Assembly (NCBI GenBank): GCA_037440005.1
Contig: JBBIUY010000055.1
Span: 1-11,360, forward strand
Source of the DNA: Armatimonadota bacterium
GTDB lineage: Bacteria > Sysuimicrobiota > Sysuimicrobiia > Sysuimicrobiales > Kaftiobacteriaceae
Direction of reading: 5' to 3'
Length of the DNA: 11,360 bases
Under the pieces are notes generated by a model. That model searched no databases. It was not told the origin of the DNA and was given only the letters and a program-made list of their open reading frames with translations. Below, one piece after another: positions 6,825 through 11,360 of this stretch. The position numbers were made by a program, and so were the translations under genes. The first letter of the stretch is position 1; every line of letters starts with the position of its first letter.

Positions 6825-7667
6825 ATGAGGCGGCGGATGGGAGCCGTCGCGGTGGCGCTGGTGGTCGGCCTGGCCGTCCTGCCCGCGGGAGCGGGCGCGC
6901 CCCGGGACCTGCTGGACGAGGTCCTGGCCCGGGGCTTTCTGTTCGTCTCCACGGACCCCAACTACGCGCCCCAGAGCTTCATCAACGCCCGGGGCGAGAT
7001 GGACGGGTTCGACGTGGACGTGGCCAAGGAGGTGGCCCGGCGCCTGGGCGTCCGGGTGCAGTTCGTCACGCCGGCGTGGGAAGCCATCGTCAGCGGGCGG
7101 TGGGGCGGCCGGTGGGACGTGAGCATCGGCAGCATGACCATCACCGAGGACCGGCAGAAGGTCCTGCACTTCACCCCGCCCTACTACTTCACCCCGGCCC
7201 AGTTCGCCGTACACAAGGCCAACACCCGGTTCCGCGCCGTCACCGACCTGACCGGCCGGCGGGTGGGGGTGTGCGGCGGGTGCACCTACGAGCTGTACCT
7301 GCGCGGGACCCTGAAGCTGGTGGGCGAGACGGTGGAGTTCAAGGTGCGCAACGCCGTGATCCGCACCTACGAGACCGACGCCGACGCCATTCAGGACCTG
7401 GCCCTGGGCGACGGGGTGCGGCTGGACGCGGTCCTGTCGGCGCTGCCCACCCTGGTGTTCGCCATCAAGCGCGGGGTGCCCATCAAGCTGCTGGGCGACC
7501 CGGTGTACTACGAGCACCTGGCGTTTGCCGTGGACCGCTTCTCCCTGCGGGACCCGACGCGCTTCGTCCAGAGGCTCGGCGAGATCGTGCAGGCCATGCA
7601 CGCCGATGGGACGCTGACCCGCCTGTCCCTGAAGTGGTACGGGGTGGACCTGACCAAGAAGAAGTGA
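6825..7667 (+). CDS. Polar amino acid ABC transporter substrate-binding protein (SBP family 3), 280 aa
   Basis: Signal peptide MRRRMGAVAVALVVGLAVLPAGA; YAPQSF, GFDVDVAKEVARRLG, SMTITEDR, FTPPYY, ADGTLTRLSLKWYG; SD GGGAGG. Confidence 0.93.
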   Translation: MRRRMGAVAVALVVGLAVLPAGAGAPRDLLDEVLARGFLFVSTDPNYAPQSFINARGEMDGFDVDVAKEVARRLGVRVQFVTPAWEAIVSGRWGGRWDVSIGSMTITEDRQKVLHFTPPYYFTPAQFAVHKANTRFRAVTDLTGRRVGVCGGCTYELYLRGTLKLVGETVEFKVRNAVIRTYETDADAIQDLALGDGVRLDAVLSALPTLVFAIKRGVPIKLLGDPVYYEHLAFAVDRFSLRDPTRFVQRLGEIVQAMHADGTLTRLSLKWYGVDLTKKK

Positions 7668-7702
7668 CGGCGCACACTCGGTCGGGCTGAGGAGGGACCA
7701 GC

Positions 7703-8503
7703 ATGGCCCACGCCGGTGAGGCGGCGGCCATCGAGCAGGCGGTCAGCCGTCGGCTGGCCGCCTTTGCACGGGCGCAGCAGATCAGGCTGGCCCTGGTGTG
7801 GGTGGGCCTGGCGGCGGCCCTGGGGTGGCTGTTCGCCCGCTTCCGCTTCGACTACGGCTTCATGGTGGGGTGGGCGGCGTTTCTGGTCCGGGGGGTGCCC
7901 ATCACCATCGGGGTGTCGGTGGTGTCCATCACCCTGGCCCTGGTCCTGGGGCTGGTGGCGGCCCTGGGGCGGCTGTCGGGCAACCCGGTGGCCCACGGGG
8001 TGGCGACGTTTTACACGTCGTTCATCCGCGGCACGCCCCTGCTGGTGCAGGTGTACCTGATCTACCTGGGGCTGCCCCAGCTGGGCATCGTCCTGGACGC
8101 CATCCCCTCGGGGGTGGCGGCCTTGAGCATCAACTACGGGGCCTACATCGCCGAGATCATCCGGGCGGGGATCCTCTCGGTGGGCCGCGGGCAGGTGGAG
8201 GCGGCCCTGTCGCTGGGGATGACCCGCACCCAGGTCATGCGGCGGATCGTCCTGCCCCAGGCTTTGCGGGTGGTGGTGCCGCCGGTGGGCAACGAGTTCA
8301 TCGCCATGCTCAAGGACTCGGCCCTGGTGTCGGTGATGGGGGTGTGGGAGCTGACCTTCCGGGCCACCAAGGTCGGCCGGCAGTACTTCCGGTCCCTGGA
8401 GATGCTGGTGTTCGCCGCGGCCATCTACTGGGGCCTGACCATCCTGTTTTCGACGCTGCAGTCCCGGGTGGAGGGACGCCTGGCCAGAGCCTATGAACGG
8501 TGA
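7703..8503 (+). CDS. Polar amino acid ABC transporter permease (HisM/GlnP type), 266 aa
   Basis: [23 protein letters not shown] motif [34 protein letters not shown]. Confidence 0.94.
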   Translation: MAHAGEAAAIEQAVSRRLAAFARAQQIRLALVWVGLAAALGWLFARFRFDYGFMVGWAAFLVRGVPITIGVSVVSITLALVLGLVAALGRLSGNPVAHGVATFYTSFIRGTPLLVQVYLIYLGLPQLGIVLDAIPSGVAALSINYGAYIAEIIRAGILSVGRGQVEAALSLGMTRTQVMRRIVLPQALRVVVPPVGNEFIAMLKDSALVSVMGVWELTFRATKVGRQYFRSLEMLVFAAAIYWGLTILFSTLQSRVEGRLARAYER

Positions 8504-9248
8504 GCCCATCATCCAGGTGCGCGGGCTGCACAAGTTCTACGGCCGCCTGCACGTGCTGCGGGGCGTCAACCTGGACGTGCGGCGGGGCGAGGTGGTGGTC
8601 ATCATCGGCCGCAGCGGCGCGGGCAAGAGCACCTTCCTGCGCTGCCTGAATTACCTGGAAGAACCGTCGGCGGGCACGGTGGTGGTGGACGGGATCCCCC
8701 TGCCGTCCGGCGAGCGGGCGGCCCGGGCGTGGAGCCAGGTGCGCCAGGTGCGCATGCGGGTGGGGATGGTCTTCCAGGAGTTCAACCTGTTCGCCCACAT
8801 GACCGCCCTGGAGAACGTCATCGAGGGGCCGCTGACGGTGCGGGGGATGCCCCGGGACCAGGCGGTGGCCCTGGGGGAGCGGCTGCTGGCCAAGGTGGGG
8901 CTGCTGGACAAGCGGGACGTCCACCCGGCGCGGCTGTCGGGCGGCCAGAAGCAGCGGGTGGCCATCGCCCGGGCGCTGGCCATGGAGCCCCGGATCATGC
9001 TGTTCGACGAGCCCACCTCGGCTCTGGACCCGGAACTGATCGGCGAGGTGCTGGCGGTGATGCGGGACCTGGCCCGGGACGGGATGACCATGGTGGTGGT
9101 CACCCACGAGATGGGGTTCGCCCGGGAGGCGGCTCACCGGGTCATCTTCATGGACGCCGGCGAGTTCGTGGAGGAGGGGCCGCCCGAGCAGATCTTCACC
9201 GCCGCCCGCGACCCCCGCACCCGCCAGTTCCTCACCCACGTGCTGTAG
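8493..9248 (+). CDS. Polar amino acid ABC transporter ATP-binding protein (GlnQ/HisP type), 251 aa
   Basis: Walker [11 protein letters not shown]-loop VFQEFNLF, signature LSGGQKQR, Walker [20 protein letters not shown]; overlaps the permease by 11 nt. Confidence 0.96.
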   Translation: MNGEPIIQVRGLHKFYGRLHVLRGVNLDVRRGEVVVIIGRSGAGKSTFLRCLNYLEEPSAGTVVVDGIPLPSGERAARAWSQVRQVRMRVGMVFQEFNLFAHMTALENVIEGPLTVRGMPRDQAVALGERLLAKVGLLDKRDVHPARLSGGQKQRVAIARALAMEPRIMLFDEPTSALDPELIGEVLAVMRDLARDGMTMVVVTHEMGFAREAAHRVIFMDAGEFVEEGPPEQIFTAARDPRTRQFLTHVL

Positions 9249-9308
9249 TCCGGTCCGGCAGCCCGGCCGGGCGACGGTGGAGCCCCCGCAGCTTTCCGCG
9301 CGGGCCCG

Positions 9309-10799
9309 CTAGGGCGCCACCTGGATCCGACCCTCCACCTGGGGGGCCACCGTCTGCATCCGCTGGAGGGCTTCGATGACCGCGGTGGCCATCACCGGGC
9401 CGCCGGCGGGACTGATCAGGACCTCGGCGTCCCGGAACATGGCGTAGCCGTCTCCGCCGTTGAGCATGAAGTCGTTGGTGGCCACCGTGTAGGTGGCCTG
9501 GGGGTCCAGGGGCCGGCCGCCCACGGCGACCTCCAGGATGCGCTGGCCCGCGGGCCGGCTGGGGCTGAAGGTGTACCGCAGCCCCGAGACCTGGGGGAAG
9601 CGGCCGGAGAGGTTTTCCACCTGGCTGACGCCGTTTTCCAGCGCCGCCCGGAGGGTCGCGCCGGTCACCCGGATCTTCACCACGATGTTGCCGAAGGGCA
9701 ACCAGGCCAGCACGTCCTTGCGGGTGATGGGGCCGGCCGGGAAGAGGGCGTTGGTGCGGATCCCCCCGCCGTTGGTGATGGCCACGTCGGCGCCCACCGC
9801 CGCCCGCATGATGTCGGCGATCAGATTGCCCAGGTTGCTCTCCCGGGCCCGCACGGTGGCGTTGCGGGCGTCCAGGGGCACCTCGGTCCGGGCCACCACC
9901 ACGTCCAGCTCCCGGGACAGCTGAGCCGCATACCGCTGGATCAGGGCGGCCAGGGCGGGGTCGGGAGGAATCTGGTCGGTGACGGGCAGGAGCTCGTCCT
10001 CCACGTTGAGGACGGTGCCGTCGGGGGCGACCGTCAGGCGGATGACTCCCAGGTACCGGGCGTCGGAGCCGGCCTTGCGGATGAGCACGCCGCCGACCAT
10101 CGCCCGCAGAGGCTCGTGCTCGTGGCCGCCCACGATGACCGAGATGCCGGGAACCGCCCGCGCCACCGCCTGGTCGGTGGCCATGGAGACGTGGGTGAGG
10201 CCGATTACCACCCGGGCCCCGCGCCGGCGCAGCACGGGCACGGCCGCCCGGGCGGTGCCCACCTCGTCCAGGAACAGGATGTCGGGGCCGGGGGAGGACG
10301 TGATGGCCGTCTCGGTGGTCAGCAGCCCGAAGATGCCCACCGGGATGCCCCGAACGGTGCGGGTCAGCAGAAAGTGGGTGCCCGGCAGGCGGGTGAAGTC
10401 CCGCCTCAGCACGTTGGTGATCACCCAGGGGAAGCGGGACTCGGCCAGGCGCTGCTGCAGGACCTGGGGGCCGTAGTCGAACTCGTGGTTGCCCAGGGTG
10501 GCGGCGTCCACGCCCAGGTGGTTGAGGCCGTCGATGAGCTGGGCGCCTTTGAAAACCGACGACTCCACCGATGGGGAGATCAGGTCGCCGGCAAACAGCA
10601 GCATCGCCTGCGGGTCGCCCTGGCGGACCCGCCGGACCAGGGTGGACAGGCGGTCCAGTCCGCCCGCCTTGCCCTGGTCCACGGCGCCCAGCTGGTAGTC
10701 GTCGTTGAAGTGCAGGAGGGTGAGGGTGACGGGCGCCGCGCCGAGGGCCGGGGAGGTCAGCAGGACCAGGGCGGCAAGCAGCGCGCACAGGCGGCGCAT
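9309..10799 (-). CDS. Secreted 5'-nucleotidase/UDP-sugar hydrolase-family metallophosphoesterase, 496 aa
   Basis: Signal peptide MRRLCALLAALVLLTSPALGA; HFNDDY, AGD, GNHEFD, TH, GGHEH; C-terminal domain RESNLGN, NGGGIR, LPFGN, FPQVSG, GGDGY; SD GGGGGAG before ATG 10799. Confidence 0.92.
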   Translation of the reverse strand: MRRLCALLAALVLLTSPALGAAPVTLTLLHFNDDYQLGAVDQGKAGGLDRLSTLVRRVRQGDPQAMLLFAGDLISPSVESSVFKGAQLIDGLNHLGVDAATLGNHEFDYGPQVLQQRLAESRFPWVITNVLRRDFTRLPGTHFLLTRTVRGIPVGIFGLLTTETAITSSPGPDILFLDEVGTARAAVPVLRRRGARVVIGLTHVSMATDQAVARAVPGISVIVGGHEHEPLRAMVGGVLIRKAGSDARYLGVIRLTVAPDGTVLNVEDELLPVTDQIPPDPALAALIQRYAAQLSRELDVVVARTEVPLDARNATVRARESNLGNLIADIMRAAVGADVAITNGGGIRTNALFPAGPITRKDVLAWLPFGNIVVKIRVTGATLRAALENGVSQVENLSGRFPQVSGLRYTFSPSRPAGQRILEVAVGGRPLDPQATYTVATNDFMLNGGDGYAMFRDAEVLISPAGGPVMATAVIEALQRMQTVAPQVEGRIQVAP

Positions 10800-10863
10800 G
10801 GATCTCTCCCCCTTCGGAGGCGACACAGCAGAAGTTCCGGTCCGAGGCGACGGCTTCCTGCCC

Positions 10864-10907
10864 ACAAAGACACGCAACGGGCCCTCAGAGGCGTCCGGGG
10901 GCCGTGC
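10864..10907 (-). terminator. Possible weak terminator after the hypothetical gene
   Basis: Imperfect hairpin GCACGGCCCCCGGA-CGCC-TCTGAGGGCCCGTTGC followed by GTGTCTTTGT on the - strand. Confidence 0.3.
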
Positions 10908-10940
10908 GGGCCGACAACTCCCCGACGCCGGCCCGGCGGG

Positions 10941-11285
10941 TCAGGCCACCCTCTCCGGCTCCGGGGCGGCCGGCTCCGGCGGCACGTCGGTTTCGGTGAG
11001 GGCCCGCCCCGACGGGTACGCCTGAGCCCGGATCCCCGCCTGGCGCAGCAGCGTGTCCACCGCTGCCGCGGCGGCCGCGCCGTCTTCGGCCCACACCGCG
11101 AACTTCGCCTGCAGCAGGTAACGTCCGTGCCGGCAGATGGCCGGCGGGTGTAGGGTGGCCCGGACCACCGACAGGTGGTGGCGGCGGGCGTCCTCGATCT
11201 GCTGGCGCAGCCGGGCCGTCTCGCCGTCGGCCGGCAGCCCGGGCAGCTCGCACTCGGCCACGACTTCGTAGGGTCGGCGAGCCAC
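10941..11285 (-). CDS. Hypothetical protein, 114 aa
   Basis: Strong SD GGAGGTGA 5 nt before GTG 11285; GC-rich third codon positions; -10-like element upstream; no family recognised. Confidence 0.75.
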   Translation of the reverse strand: MARRPYEVVAECELPGLPADGETARLRQQIEDARRHHLSVVRATLHPPAICRHGRYLLQAKFAVWAEDGAAAAAAVDTLLRQAGIRAQAYPSGRALTETDVPPEPAAPEPERVA

Positions 11286-11334
11286 CTCCCTCACCTCCTC
11301 AAACGCCGCGGACGACTGTGGGGAAGTTTCCGGC

Positions 11335-11346
11335 AATATACTAGCA
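11335..11346 (-). promoter_or_regulatory. Probable extended -10 promoter element
   Basis: TG-C-TAGTAT (11346-11338) overlapping TATATT (11340-11335) on the - strand; the -35 would fall at or beyond the window edge. Confidence 0.55.
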
Positions 11347-11360
11347 AGTTTGGCCATCCC

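Noticed and set aside
9249..9308. Palindrome GCCCGGCCGGGC between convergent genes as a terminator
   Set aside because: Short GC-only palindrome with no adjacent U tract; expected by chance at this composition.
1647..11153. Many long overlapping or antisense ORFs (e.g. 1647-3113, 5720-6961, 9232-10788, 10116-11153)
   Set aside because: Shadow frames of well-supported genes, rich in Arg/Pro/Gly/Ala/His, with no recognisable motifs.
1..11360. tRNA-anchored island, prophage, IS or CRISPR array
   Set aside because: No integrase, transposase, phage gene or regularly spaced repeat; composition looks uniform by eye.

Overview
Very GC-rich bacterial core-genome window with no mobile element, CRISPR array or rRNA. 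In order: the 3' part of tRNA-Ala(UGC); a cold-shock protein gene with a clear sigma70-type promoter and terminator; a D-2-hydroxyacid dehydrogenase followed by an HpcH/HpaI aldolase; a 171-bp spacer that can fold into a long rod-like hairpin; a lipid module in which a short FakA-like DAK2 protein (+) converges on degV/fakB and an atypical plsY (-); an operon divergent from plsY with two tandem homocysteine S-methyltransferase-family paralogs and a polar-amino-acid ABC transporter; and, on the - strand, a secreted 5'-nucleotidase-family phosphoesterase and a small hypothetical protein. Best candidates for undescribed biology: (1) the paired methyltransferases with a CxxC-bearing binding protein, (2) the truncated FakA/DegV/non-canonical PlsY module, (3) the structured spacer at about 2383-2524. 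All product calls come from reading motifs by eye; no database searches or folding programs were run.
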